From: Promethearchaeia archaeon
GTDB lineage: Archaea > Asgardarchaeota > Lokiarchaeia > Sigyniarchaeales > SOKP01
Length of the DNA stretch: 64,000 nucleotides
NCBI GenBank assembly: GCA_029856125.1
Contig: JAHQWJ010000134.1
Coordinates: forward strand, 1,605 to 65,604
Reading direction: 5' to 3'
The stretch's first letter is position 1. Each line of letters begins with the position of its first letter. A model generated the notes under the pieces. It did not search any database and was not told the origin of the DNA. It was given only the letters and a program-made list of their open reading frames with translations. The translations under genes were made by a program, and so were the position numbers. This document shows, piece by piece, positions 39,418 to 48,415 of this stretch.

Positions 39418-40776
39418 CTAATATTTAAACATTTCCATAAAGGCACCGAGTCTGGTCTTCACTTGTTCTACATTGTCGCCAATTTTATTGAATGTAATTG
39501 CTGTAATCGGTATTTCAAGTTCTCGTCTTACTTTCTCTCTTAACATCGCATAGCAATTTGAGATAGAATGGCACCCAAATAATTGAAAGAATACTATACC
39601 ATCTGCATTTAAATCCGATGCCATTCTCAAATAAGAATCTGTTAATTTGTCATTATCGCAACCTATTCCTGTTTCTGTAGCTCTCATAAGAAATCGAGCG
39701 TATTCTTCTGAAGGATTCGTGTGTGATCCGGTCGGTATTTCTTCTAAGAATTTTAATAACTCCCAATCAGCGTATAAAGCTCTCCCTCCTAACTCATAAA
39801 GAATCTCGTGCGTTTTTGGTTCCCATCCTCCGAACATTGGGGTCACGAAAATCCTAGGCATTTTTGACACATCCATACCAATTCCATTTCTAATTCTTTC
39901 CCTCATTTCTTTTTCGAGCGCTACTATGTTGTCTCTGTATCGGGTCGCATTAGAATTATAATCTTGAAAGGTTATACTTAGCAGTGCCATAATTTCACTG
40001 AAAGTTGCAGGGTTACAAGGATAAAAATCAGAAGCACTTATGTCGTAAATAATGTTCTTATACGACCTTTTTATTTGATTTCCTATTTTAAAATGTTCTC
40101 TTAAGTCATTATCTGTTATGCTATTACCTGTCAGCTTCTCGAATTCGTTTAGGGCGTTTGAAATATTATCGGTAAGTAATTCAATTGAGTTTCCCAAATT
40201 TCTCGGTGGAATATCAATCCAGATTTGGCTTGGCTTTTCATTAATTGACTTCAAAGACTCTAAATATTTATTATACGCACTACAACGAATTGTAACATTT
40301 AAACAAGCATCAACATTTCGACCTTTAGTGACATGCATACCAACTAAACTCTTTAATCCGTAACAGAAGTCACTTGAAATTCCATTTTCAATTCCAACAT
40401 CATACATTTCGTTGTATTTTACATTAATAGTGTCAATTACATTCTCTATAATATCGTCGACGATTTTACTAACTTCATTTATGCCCAGATTTTTAATAAA
40501 GCTTAGAAAATTCGAAACATTCTTCCACCCAAAAATACTAGATGCAGAACCTAAGTAAGAAAGATATTGGCTTATTTCAAATTTATGCATCCTTATTGGA
40601 AAAACTGGCACCGTGCCAGCAGCAAAAGCTAAATCCGAAAACGGCAAAGTAACAGCTACTAATTTTTCTTTTTCTCGAAATTTCTTCCTTTTTAGGTAAT
40701 TTCGCCCATTTAACAGATTGTAAGCCATACGTAATACTGAACTGAAAGTTATAATCTCATCGGCAATTAAACTCAT
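39418..40776 (-). CDS. 2-hydroxyacyl-CoA dehydratase-type component D subunit (BcrC/BadD/HgdB family)
   Basis: 452 aa. Family-typical layout. 4-nt overlap with the upstream subunit gene. Paralog of 30172-31488. Confidence 0.85.
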   Translation of the reverse strand: MSLIADEIITFSSVLRMAYNLLNGRNYLKRKKFREKEKLVAVTLPFSDLAFAAGTVPVFPIRMHKFEISQYLSYLGSASSIFGWKNVSNFLSFIKNLGINEVSKIVDDIIENVIDTINVKYNEMYDVGIENGISSDFCYGLKSLVGMHVTKGRNVDACLNVTIRCSAYNKYLESLKSINEKPSQIWIDIPPRNLGNSIELLTDNISNALNEFEKLTGNSITDNDLREHFKIGNQIKRSYKNIIYDISASDFYPCNPATFSEIMALLSITFQDYNSNATRYRDNIVALEKEMRERIRNGIGMDVSKMPRIFVTPMFGGWEPKTHEILYELGGRALYADWELLKFLEEIPTGSHTNPSEEYARFLMRATETGIGCDNDKLTDSYLRMASDLNADGIVFFQLFGCHSISNCYAMLREKVRRELEIPITAITFNKIGDNVEQVKTRLGAFMEMFKY

Positions 40777-41912
40777 TTCATCATCTCCAAATACGCTTCT
40801 ATTCTTGTAGATAATTGACCACGGTTAGCTCTGGAATAATCTCTTTCTAAATTTAGTACTTGAATCCCTTTTTCTTGTAATGCATCTTTTAAGAAAGACG
40901 ACATTAGCGAAATATGATCACAAAACTTTATTATATGATTGATGACACCTAACTTTCTACCTTTATTTTTTGTGTAATTTTCAGAATATTTCTGTATAAC
41001 TGATACTTTCTGTTTAAGAAAGTCAGGTACGCTATGGTCACCATAAATATTATTTTTAAACCTAAGAACTAACAAATCCAAAGGATCTTTCTTTATGTCC
41101 ATGTGATTGCTCTCAATAACTTGCGAATAATAATGGTTCCCAATCCAAGTATCAAAAAAAACAATGTTACCTCCCCCCTCCTCAATCAAGTCTATCATAT
41201 TATCATTAATAAAGATTGAGCAACCAGTAAGTAAAACGTCTTTAGATGTATTAGAAACGGGTTGAGGAGTGTCTTTAAATTTTTGAATCAAATTCTCTAA
41301 ATCGTGAAGAAAATCTGGTCCAAATAGCATTGATTTATGAATTAATTTCAATCTTTCCGAGCCTCGCATTTCCAGCTCATTGATTTCTAATAATTTTTTT
41401 TTGAAATTATTGAATTTTAATATGCTGTTATAAATATCCTCATCAGGTATTTTTCTATCCAAAATAGCTTCAAGTTGATTTCTAAAGTCTTGCAATTCGA
41501 GCTTAAAATATTTCAGGCTGTTTTCGTTCATTGTATAAGGAACATAAAAATTCAAACGAGGAATATTAAAGTATTTGGAAATGATTTCTGAAACGCAAAT
41601 ATCTGATACGCAGTGATTGGAAACTATAATGTAATCAACCAATTCCAAAAACTTGTAGTAGTTTGGTTTAATTGAAAATAATCCAATACACGATTGTGCA
41701 AATGCACACATGGATGGAGGTAAATAATCGTGACTCGCGTCCATTAGTTCATCGTTCCCTCCAAAGATTAACTTTAAGGGAAAAAAACCAGCAGCATCAA
41801 TCAATTCCTCAGGAATATTATCGTGAGCTAGGTAAGCGATAATTTTGATCCCTTCCTGTTTTTTTTCTTTTAGGAAGAGGTTGAAGTCAGATAGTAGATT
41901 AGAGTCATCCAT
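40773..41912 (-). CDS. 2-hydroxyacyl-CoA dehydratase-type component D subunit (second subunit)
   Basis: 379 aa. Pattern IPEELIDAAGFFPLKL ... PPSMCAFAQSCIG ... NHCVSDIC, typical of HgdB/BcrB-type subunits. Confidence 0.85.
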   Translation of the reverse strand: MDDSNLLSDFNLFLKEKKQEGIKIIAYLAHDNIPEELIDAAGFFPLKLIFGGNDELMDASHDYLPPSMCAFAQSCIGLFSIKPNYYKFLELVDYIIVSNHCVSDICVSEIISKYFNIPRLNFYVPYTMNENSLKYFKLELQDFRNQLEAILDRKIPDEDIYNSILKFNNFKKKLLEINELEMRGSERLKLIHKSMLFGPDFLHDLENLIQKFKDTPQPVSNTSKDVLLTGCSIFINDNMIDLIEEGGGNIVFFDTWIGNHYYSQVIESNHMDIKKDPLDLLVLRFKNNIYGDHSVPDFLKQKVSVIQKYSENYTKNKGRKLGVINHIIKFCDHISLMSSFLKDALQEKGIQVLNLERDYSRANRGQLSTRIEAYLEMMK

Positions 41913-42024
41913 AGTTATTAAGTCAGCTGTTTAACAGTATTAGTCAGAAAAAGATTAATTCTTTTTAATCTTTTTCCGATTTAAAATATAGATAACAATA
42001 TTAAATTATAAGAATATTTCTCAT

Positions 42025-42804
42025 CTATTGCGAGTTATTCGCTTCTGCGATTAAAGCAGCACCGATAGCACCTGTTAATTGGGGAAAATCAGGCGTTTCA
42101 ACTTCATAACCAAGTTCGTCCTCAAGATATTTTTTCACAGCAGGGTTTTTTGCTACTCCACCACAAAAAACTAATTGTTGTCCCACTCCGATACGTTTAG
42201 CCATTCCAGCAACTCTTCTCGCAATTGATCTATGAATACCGCTGGCAATTTCTTCTTTAGAAGCGCCCCTCGCAAACAAACTAATAACTTCACTCTCAGC
42301 AAAGACCGTACATGTGGAACTTATTGAAGCCGATTTGTTAGATCTTAAAGCCAAATCTCCAAATTGGTCAATAGGAACCTCCAAAGCGTGTGCCATAACT
42401 TCTAAAAATCTTCCCGTTCCTGCCGCACACTTATCGTTCATTTGAAAATCGACGACATTTCCCGTTTTCTTAGATATTACAATAGCTTTACTGTCTTGGC
42501 CACCAATATCAATAACGGAATGTACGTCTGGGAAGAAGTATTGCGTTCCTTTAGCATGAGCAGTAATTTCAGTTACCCGATCGTCAGCTATATCGATCGT
42601 ATTCCGGCCATAACCGGTACTCATGACGAATACATCAGATTTTTTCAAATCGTTTTTCTCCAATAAGTCGTCGAATAAATTATGACCGATCTTTTTAAAA
42701 TCATAAGTGGAGCGTTCTGTGCGGTGATCTATCATCTTTCCTTCGCCGAGTAAAACGATTTTTGTGGCAAGAGAGCCAATATCAATTCCTATAAAAGTTT
42801 TCAA
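42025..42804 (-). CDS. dehydratase activator ATPase (BcrA/BcrD/BadF/BadG/HgdC family)
   Basis: 259 aa. Motifs GIDIGSLATK, DIGGQDSK and NDKCAAGTGRFLEVMA, plus a second cluster Cys (STCTVFAESEV). Confidence 0.9.
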   Translation of the reverse strand: MKTFIGIDIGSLATKIVLLGEGKMIDHRTERSTYDFKKIGHNLFDDLLEKNDLKKSDVFVMSTGYGRNTIDIADDRVTEITAHAKGTQYFFPDVHSVIDIGGQDSKAIVISKKTGNVVDFQMNDKCAAGTGRFLEVMAHALEVPIDQFGDLALRSNKSASISSTCTVFAESEVISLFARGASKEEIASGIHRSIARRVAGMAKRIGVGQQLVFCGGVAKNPAVKKYLEDELGYEVETPDFPQLTGAIGAALIAEANNSQ

Positions 42805-42884
42805 TTTTAATCAAATAGAATTTATTATTTTTGTAAAGGAATTGTTTTAAAAATTTTAATTTTTCGATAATATTAGATAATTTT

Positions 42885-43607
42885 TTAATCTAACAGAAGC
42901 ATTGAAACTATTATAGTGAGACCAAAAGCGCCTAGCATTTTAAGAACATTTTTCCACAATGATTCTCGAGAAATGAAACCTACAAAAATACCCAGAAGAA
43001 CAATGCATATAAAAACAATTAAAAAAGAATAGATGAAGAAAATAAATGTTGCTTTTAGAGTAAAAAAAAACGGAATTAATGGAACAATTCCACCAAAAAG
43101 CGGTGCACTTCCATTTACTAACGATACAACTATGCTAGCAAATCTTTCTGCCTTTTTTTGCAATGTCTTTGTTTTTCTTCTCTTATTCTTAGATTTTTCT
43201 AAATCTAGATTTTTTATTAGGGTTTCATCATTAAATTCAACCGTTAGCATGGCTTTCTCGATTTCTTTGCTATCAAATAACTTATCTTCCACTTCTTTTT
43301 CTTCTTCTTCCTTCAATATTACCATAGCCTTATCTAACTCTGATTTCAATCTCTTCTGTTCTGCTTTTTCAGATATGTATGAACCACTTGATCCCGACAT
43401 AAACATTGAAATTGATGTTGCGAGCCCTGTTAATAATACAATATGACTATCTACAGTTTGTTGTCCGTCTTTAAATATTAGTATAAAAAATCCTAATAAA
43501 ATACCAATTACAGTTAACATTCCGTCGTAAAAGTTATTTACAAAATAACGACGAGCGATAGATACAAAATCAGTAATTTTAGCGTATGTTTTAAATTTTT
43601 CTATCAT
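42885..43607 (-). CDS. VIT1/CCC1-family (iron/manganese) transporter-like membrane protein
   Basis: 240 aa. N-terminal NNFYDGMLTVIGILLG helix, a Glu/Lys-rich cytoplasmic helical insert, and C-terminal helices (GGIVPLIPFFF). Confidence 0.6.
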   Translation of the reverse strand: MIEKFKTYAKITDFVSIARRYFVNNFYDGMLTVIGILLGFFILIFKDGQQTVDSHIVLLTGLATSISMFMSGSSGSYISEKAEQKRLKSELDKAMVILKEEEEKEVEDKLFDSKEIEKAMLTVEFNDETLIKNLDLEKSKNKRRKTKTLQKKAERFASIVVSLVNGSAPLFGGIVPLIPFFFTLKATFIFFIYSFLIVFICIVLLGIFVGFISRESLWKNVLKMLGAFGLTIIVSMLLLD

Positions 43608-43723
43608 TCTGTTTTAACTTTAATAAGATTTAAGCTATTTTTTATGAATTTATTTGTAAGTTTTTTTCGAAATATTTTTTCTATTCTTAACTTTTTCATA
43701 TTTTATTTTAGTTGAAGGCTAGA

Positions 43724-44500
43724 TTAAGTAGGAATTACTAATTGTAACAATAGAGAAACTAGTAATGTCACAATACCCGCTGTAACTAAATGTATTGCGT
43801 ACTTAGCATGACCCCCGCCAGAGATTTTTCCTAAAAAAATACCTAAATAAATCAATATTGCTGTCAAAACTCCATAAGAAAATAAGAAATGGAATATAGA
43901 TAAGGTATCTCCAAAGAAAAACGGAATCAAAGGAAGTACTGATCCTAAAACAGGAGCTCCCCCGTCTACTAAAGATGCAACAATGGTGGCAAATCTTTCT
44001 GATTGTTCGATTATTGAAGTATTATTATTTTTATTATTATTATTTTCCTTTAAAGATTTTTTATTATTAGAATGAGTCAAATGCATGGGTGTTATCATTG
44101 CTTTTTGAATATCTTGTTCTTCTAACATTTCTTTCTCTTTATCGTTAAGACCATTATTCTCTATATTATTTGTATTATCTTTCTTTTCTTCTTCAAAAAT
44201 TACCATATCTTTTTTTAGATCACTCATTTTTTTCTTTCTTTCGGCTTCCTCAGAAAGAAAAGCGCCCCATAAACCACTAATACCAATTGCTACAGCAGTG
44301 GAAAAACCCGTTATTATAATAATGGCTGAACTTACAATTTCTGGATTTGGGAGAAATATTATAAAACTCCCACTAACAATACCTGCACAAGTTAGCGCCC
44401 CATCAAAGGCATTGTTAAAAAATTTACGGCGAACTATTATTCCTAAATTTGATAGTTCAGAATATTTGCGCCACTTTTCAATTAAAGATTTTAATTGCAT
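43724..44500 (-). CDS. VIT1/CCC1-family transporter-like membrane protein (tandem paralog)
   Basis: 258 aa with the same architecture (NNAFDGALTCAGIVSG ... GSVLPLIPFFF). Its cytoplasmic insert is Asn-rich. Confidence 0.6.
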   Translation of the reverse strand: MQLKSLIEKWRKYSELSNLGIIVRRKFFNNAFDGALTCAGIVSGSFIIFLPNPEIVSSAIIIITGFSTAVAIGISGLWGAFLSEEAERKKKMSDLKKDMVIFEEEKKDNTNNIENNGLNDKEKEMLEEQDIQKAMITPMHLTHSNNKKSLKENNNNKNNNTSIIEQSERFATIVASLVDGGAPVLGSVLPLIPFFFGDTLSIFHFLFSYGVLTAILIYLGIFLGKISGGGHAKYAIHLVTAGIVTLLVSLLLQLVIPT

Positions 44501-44687
44501 TTTTGTTAAAAAACACCGTTATATTTTTTTTCTTAAAATAGAAAGTTTATCTAATTTTTAAAGATAAGGTGTACTCCCTTATATTATTTATAAATGCTTG
44601 AAGCTAATAATCTTTTTTAGTTAAATAATGTTAATTTAATTTAATCATATTATATTCTTAAATATATAAAATTTAGTGATTTTCTAA

Positions 44688-45335
44688 ATGTCATCATCAG
44701 CGAGAAAGGTTAAAGAAGAAATAATCACGCTACTCATAGAGCATTCAAGAATAATATATAGCGTTACAAGTGATATGGCCGTATATTACTCTACTTGGGC
44801 AGAAGATTTCGAGAATAATAAAAAAACCTTAGAAAAGAAGAAGACTAAGATGCAGTTATCTGAAGAAGAAGGTGATGAATTAAAAATCCGTCTCATTAAA
44901 AATTTTTCTGAAGCACAGGCATTTAAGATGGGAGCTTACGTAAATTTAGTTTTAAGGATGGATAATATTATAAATTACCCTCTTGAATTTGTTGATATGT
45001 TAGGGAATATCAACTTAAAAGAGAAAGAAGAAAAAGAAATTAAGAAGAAATACCACAAACTATTGAACCAGGTAATTGAGATGGTTGATATTTTAAAAAC
45101 TACTTTAAAAAATTTGAGAGATAAGCCAGATATAGTCTTTGATAACACTACTTCTATTCACGAGCTTGAATCAAAAATAGATAAAACATACAGACAATTT
45201 CTTGAATTCATATATACTAATGTTGAAGACTTTAGAACATTATTAAGGGTTAGAGATTCGATCGTGCTCTTAGAACAAATGGCTGACAGAGTGCACGATA
45301 TAGCTGATATGTTGAGAGTTCTTTTATATCAGTAA
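44688..45335 (+). CDS. DUF47 / PhoU-like helical protein
   Basis: 215 aa. A two-fold helical-bundle pattern ending in MADRVHDIADMLRVLL, as in DUF47 (TIGR00153-like) proteins. Confidence 0.5.
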   Translation: MSSSARKVKEEIITLLIEHSRIIYSVTSDMAVYYSTWAEDFENNKKTLEKKKTKMQLSEEEGDELKIRLIKNFSEAQAFKMGAYVNLVLRMDNIINYPLEFVDMLGNINLKEKEEKEIKKKYHKLLNQVIEMVDILKTTLKNLRDKPDIVFDNTTSIHELESKIDKTYRQFLEFIYTNVEDFRTLLRVRDSIVLLEQMADRVHDIADMLRVLLYQ

Positions 45336-45522
45336 TTCTATCTTTTTTTCAAGAGAAAATTTTCTTCGAAGTTGAATTTATACGAAGATTTTTAAGATTA
45401 AATCTTACCTATAGGAAAAATAGCTAAGTTTATTCCCTATAATAGTAAAGTTTATACGTAAAACCTTATTATTGTTTTTTAAAATATTATTAATAAAGCA
45501 ATAGATCACACAAGTAAAAGTA

Positions 45523-45894
45523 GTGAACAATTTGAATGGAAAAAGAAAATTTTACGTATTACTCGGATTATTTCAATTGGTTCTGGTGTTAACTGTATTT
45601 CTATCAGTCGATGGCGTTATTACTTTAGTAGCTGCTCAAACTGAGAGTTTTGATTATTACAATTCTCCAACTGCAGCAGTATTAGCTCTTTCAGCTGCAA
45701 TCTCTCTTGCTGCTTCTGTTTTAGGAAGTGCAATGGCAATTAGAACTGTAGGTACAGCAGCTATTTCATCGTTATCTGAAAGGGAAGAAAGCTTTTTTAA
45801 AGCATTTTTAATCGTTGCGTTATGTGAAGCTCTAGCAGTATATGGTTTAATCGTAGCAATACTACTTTGGACAAAAATCCCTACTCCGATCTAA
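45523..45894 (+). CDS. atpK: A/V-type ATPase proteolipid (c/K) subunit with N-terminal hydrophobic extension
   Basis: 123 aa with a GTG start. Helical hairpin with the carboxylate in helix 2 (FLIVALCEALAVYGLIVAILL) and polar loop SEREE. It also has an extra N-terminal hydrophobic helix. Confidence 0.8.
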   Translation: MNNLNGKRKFYVLLGLFQLVLVLTVFLSVDGVITLVAAQTESFDYYNSPTAAVLALSAAISLAASVLGSAMAIRTVGTAAISSLSEREESFFKAFLIVALCEALAVYGLIVAILLWTKIPTPI

Positions 45895-45920
45895 AATTAT
45901 TGATTTTAAATTCGTTCGTT

Positions 45921-45927
45921 AGGTGAT
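45921..45927 (+). promoter_or_regulatory. Shine-Dalgarno-like AGGTGAT upstream of atpC
   Basis: A 7-nt match to the complement of the archaeal 16S 3' end (GGAGGUGAUC core). It lies 12-18 nt upstream of the in-frame ATA-ATT-ATT codons. Confidence 0.45.
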
Positions 45928-45939
45928 TTCTGTACGAGT

Positions 45940-46989
45940 ATAATTATTCCCTCATATGCATATACCTTTATCAAGATAGATTTTTTAAAACATCTAATTA
46001 TTGATAGGAATACATTAGGAAAATTTAAAACAATATATAATATCGAAAATTTTATCGAAAATCTCACACCTTATTATCCGAATTTAGAGATTAAAGAATT
46101 TACGATTGAAGCTATAGAAAGTGCTCTTTTAGATCACTATATTCGATTAGTCGGTAAAATAATGCATTTTTCTCCACAAAATATGAGAACTTTTTTAGAA
46201 AGTTATTTGCTTAAGTTTGAAATTCAAAATCTCAAACAAATTGTTATCGGATTAATTCTAGGTATGAGTTATGAGGAGAAAAAGAAGAATATTAATTTTT
46301 TAGTGGAGACCTATTTAGAAAATACTGAATTCATTGAGAAAATGTTAAAATTCACAAATTTAGATGAAGTTCAATTATTTTTGAAAAAAACAATATACAA
46401 CATCCCGATTAGAGAAGGACTTCTTTATTTAAAAAAAAAAAGAGAGATATTTGTGTTAGAAGCGTTTTTGGATAAATTATATTATACTCACCTTAGAACC
46501 CAAGTTAAACGGTTAAATAAGAAAGAGGAAATAATGATTTCATTACTTATTCAATACAAAACTGAAGTTTATAATCTAAATGTGATTTACAGAGGAATTA
46601 AAAATAATATTGATCGTAAATTATTATCACAGTTTCTAGTAGACAATTATCTATTTCTAAATGAGGGTATACTCAATTCTTTGTTAAATCTCCCTAATGT
46701 TGATGAATTTATGTCAAACATCACCTATTATTTAAATACCACTCTAGAAGCAAAACAATTATTTCTTAAGTTAAATCTTAATAAAAAACATATTATTAGA
46801 TCAATAGAAGAATTTTATTTCACTTACTATTTCAAGAAATTTGAATTAAAAGTTGACGATATAGATATGTTCACTATTTCCAAAATTATAGAAGTAATTA
46901 TAAAAAAAGAAAAAGAAATTAAGTTTGACATTTTACCGAGAGTTATTAAAATCGTTCATAAAAAGTTTAAGATGTTAAAAAAACTGTAA
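45940..46989 (+). CDS. atpC: A/V-type ATPase subunit C (V-type d); true start upstream of annotated ATG 46162, probably a non-canonical ATA/ATT codon (45940-45948; the frame opens at 45910)
   Basis: The in-frame sequence 45910-46161 encodes ..IIIPSYAYTFIKIDFLKHLI..., the conserved YAY-containing N-terminus of subunit C. The extended length of about 350 aa matches the family, whereas the 275-aa ATG form would lack the N-terminal domain. Confidence 0.8.
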   Translation: MIIPSYAYTFIKIDFLKHLIIDRNTLGKFKTIYNIENFIENLTPYYPNLEIKEFTIEAIESALLDHYIRLVGKIMHFSPQNMRTFLESYLLKFEIQNLKQIVIGLILGMSYEEKKKNINFLVETYLENTEFIEKMLKFTNLDEVQLFLKKTIYNIPIREGLLYLKKKREIFVLEAFLDKLYYTHLRTQVKRLNKKEEIMISLLIQYKTEVYNLNVIYRGIKNNIDRKLLSQFLVDNYLFLNEGILNSLLNLPNVDEFMSNITYYLNTTLEAKQLFLKLNLNKKHIIRSIEEFYFTYYFKKFELKVDDIDMFTISKIIEVIIKKEKEIKFDILPRVIKIVHKKFKMLKKL

Positions 46990-47041
46990 ATTTGATGGTT
47001 ACTATAATATCTATAAGAATTAAGAGAATGAGATTAAAATA

Positions 47042-47353
47042 ATGGAAATTTTTAAGTGGGTTGAAGAAATCGAAAAAATTTACGATGATTTAATCGAGAA
47101 AGCCAAAGACGAGAGTTTAGGGGAGATTACGAAAGTTCAATCTTCTCAGGCAAAAATCATGGAAGAAATGATTTATAAAAATCAAGAAAATCTTAAGATT
47201 GCTTTAACTAAGGTTTCGAAAGAGGTAAGAGGAAAGTCGGAAGAATTTGAAGTATTATTAAAAGATTTATGTGTTAAAATAGAACGCTATTATCTTGAAA
47301 ATAAAAAGGGTTTAACAAATTTACTAATTGAGAAAATAGGATTTGAATTTTAA
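47042..47353 (+). CDS. atpH: A/V-type ATPase peripheral-stalk subunit H (V-type G)-like coiled-coil protein
   Basis: 103 aa charged helical protein inside the ATPase operon. The call rests on size, composition and position only. Confidence 0.45.
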   Translation: MEIFKWVEEIEKIYDDLIEKAKDESLGEITKVQSSQAKIMEEMIYKNQENLKIALTKVSKEVRGKSEEFEVLLKDLCVKIERYYLENKKGLTNLLIEKIGFEF

Positions 47354-47670
47354 TGGTAGATGCTAAAGTATATGTTTTAGGGTATGACGAAGTCGTAAGT
47401 ATGTTCGGGCTCTTAGGAATCGAAGGTGAAGTGGTAAAACATAAAGACGATTTCCTTCGAACTTTTCAAAATGTAATAAAAAGACGATCAATTGTAATGA
47501 TAATTATAAACATGGAACTACCAGATGATATTCTTGAATATTTAATTGATTTTAAAATGAACAATAGAACGCCATTTCTCTATATTTTACCGGATATTTT
47601 CAATTCGGATATTAAAAACCACGATAAAATATTTGATATAATTCATGAATTAATAGAAGATATTATTTAA
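47353..47670 (+). CDS. atpF: A/V-type ATPase subunit F
   Basis: 105 aa. N-terminal pattern KVYVLGYDEVVSMFGLLGIEG, typical of subunit F. 1-nt overlap with the preceding gene. Confidence 0.8.
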   Translation: MVDAKVYVLGYDEVVSMFGLLGIEGEVVKHKDDFLRTFQNVIKRRSIVMIIINMELPDDILEYLIDFKMNNRTPFLYILPDIFNSDIKNHDKIFDIIHELIEDII

Positions 47671-47674
47671 TGAT

Positions 47675-47681
47675 AGGTGAT
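47675..47681 (+). promoter_or_regulatory. Shine-Dalgarno-like AGGTGAT upstream of atpE
   Basis: The same 7-mer as upstream of atpC. An in-frame ATT (47687) lies 5 nt downstream, and the annotated TTG (47705) lies 23 nt downstream. Confidence 0.45.
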
Positions 47682-47704
47682 GAGCAATTAGCGAAGGAAA
47701 AGAA

Positions 47705-48415
47705 TTGAAGGAGAGGTTTGGAAAATTAGGGTTACATTTAATTGATCAAGCTGAAAATGATATAAAAAATATAAACCAACAGACTCTCTTTCAAATAGCA
47801 GAAATTAAAAAAAAGAATCGGGATCGAGCCGAAGAAAGCTTGTTAAAAATGAAAGAGCATTTTAACGAGACCTTTAATAGATTATTAAACAATTCTCTCT
47901 CTTCGTCTCTTATAAAAATTAAAGAAGAGATACTAAAATCTAAAAATAAGTTGATGGCAGAACTTATTTCAGATTTAACCAATTTAATCGAAAAAAAAAT
48001 CAATGATAATTACTCAAATTATACCGATTTTTTACTAAAATCTCTTAAAAACATAGCATATGTTGTTGATAAACCGCCGGAGATTATTATTACTTTAAAT
48101 TCAAGAGATTACGAGTTCTTTAATAGTAATAAGGATAAAATAGAGAAAATTTTTAAAAATAACATCAAGTTAAATAAATCAGAGAAGGATTTTACCGGGG
48201 GGTTTATTTGTACAGTACCAGCAGTTAATATCTCGTACAACGATACCATAGAAAATCAGTTAAAGAAGAACACATCAATCATAGAAATCGAATTTTCAAA
48301 GATTTTTTCTGAATCTGAAACTGATATCAAGCAGTTAGAAAATTTCTATTTAAAATTTATTCAAAATCAAAGACAGTTAATAAATAATTACTTACAAGAT
48401 TATGAACGAATCTGA
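47705..48415 (+). CDS. atpE: A/V-type ATPase subunit E (possible earlier ATT start at 47687)
   Basis: 236 aa. Long N-terminal coiled coil plus a globular C-terminal domain, positioned directly before atpA. Confidence 0.7.
   Translation: MKERFGKLGLHLIDQAENDIKNINQQTLFQIAEIKKKNRDRAEESLLKMKEHFNETFNRLLNNSLSSSLIKIKEEILKSKNKLMAELISDLTNLIEKKINDNYSNYTDFLLKSLKNIAYVVDKPPEIIITLNSRDYEFFNSNKDKIEKIFKNNIKLNKSEKDFTGGFICTVPAVNISYNDTIENQLKKNTSIIEIEFSKIFSESETDIKQLENFYLKFIQNQRQLINNYLQDYERI

Noticed and set aside
30000-39500. Integrated mobile element or virus carrying the orphan ORF and the four-gene cluster.
   Set aside because: I could not recognise an integrase, transposase, terminal inverted repeats, or capsid/packaging genes. 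Only the relic gene-end copies suggest rearrangement, so I do not call a mobile_element feature.
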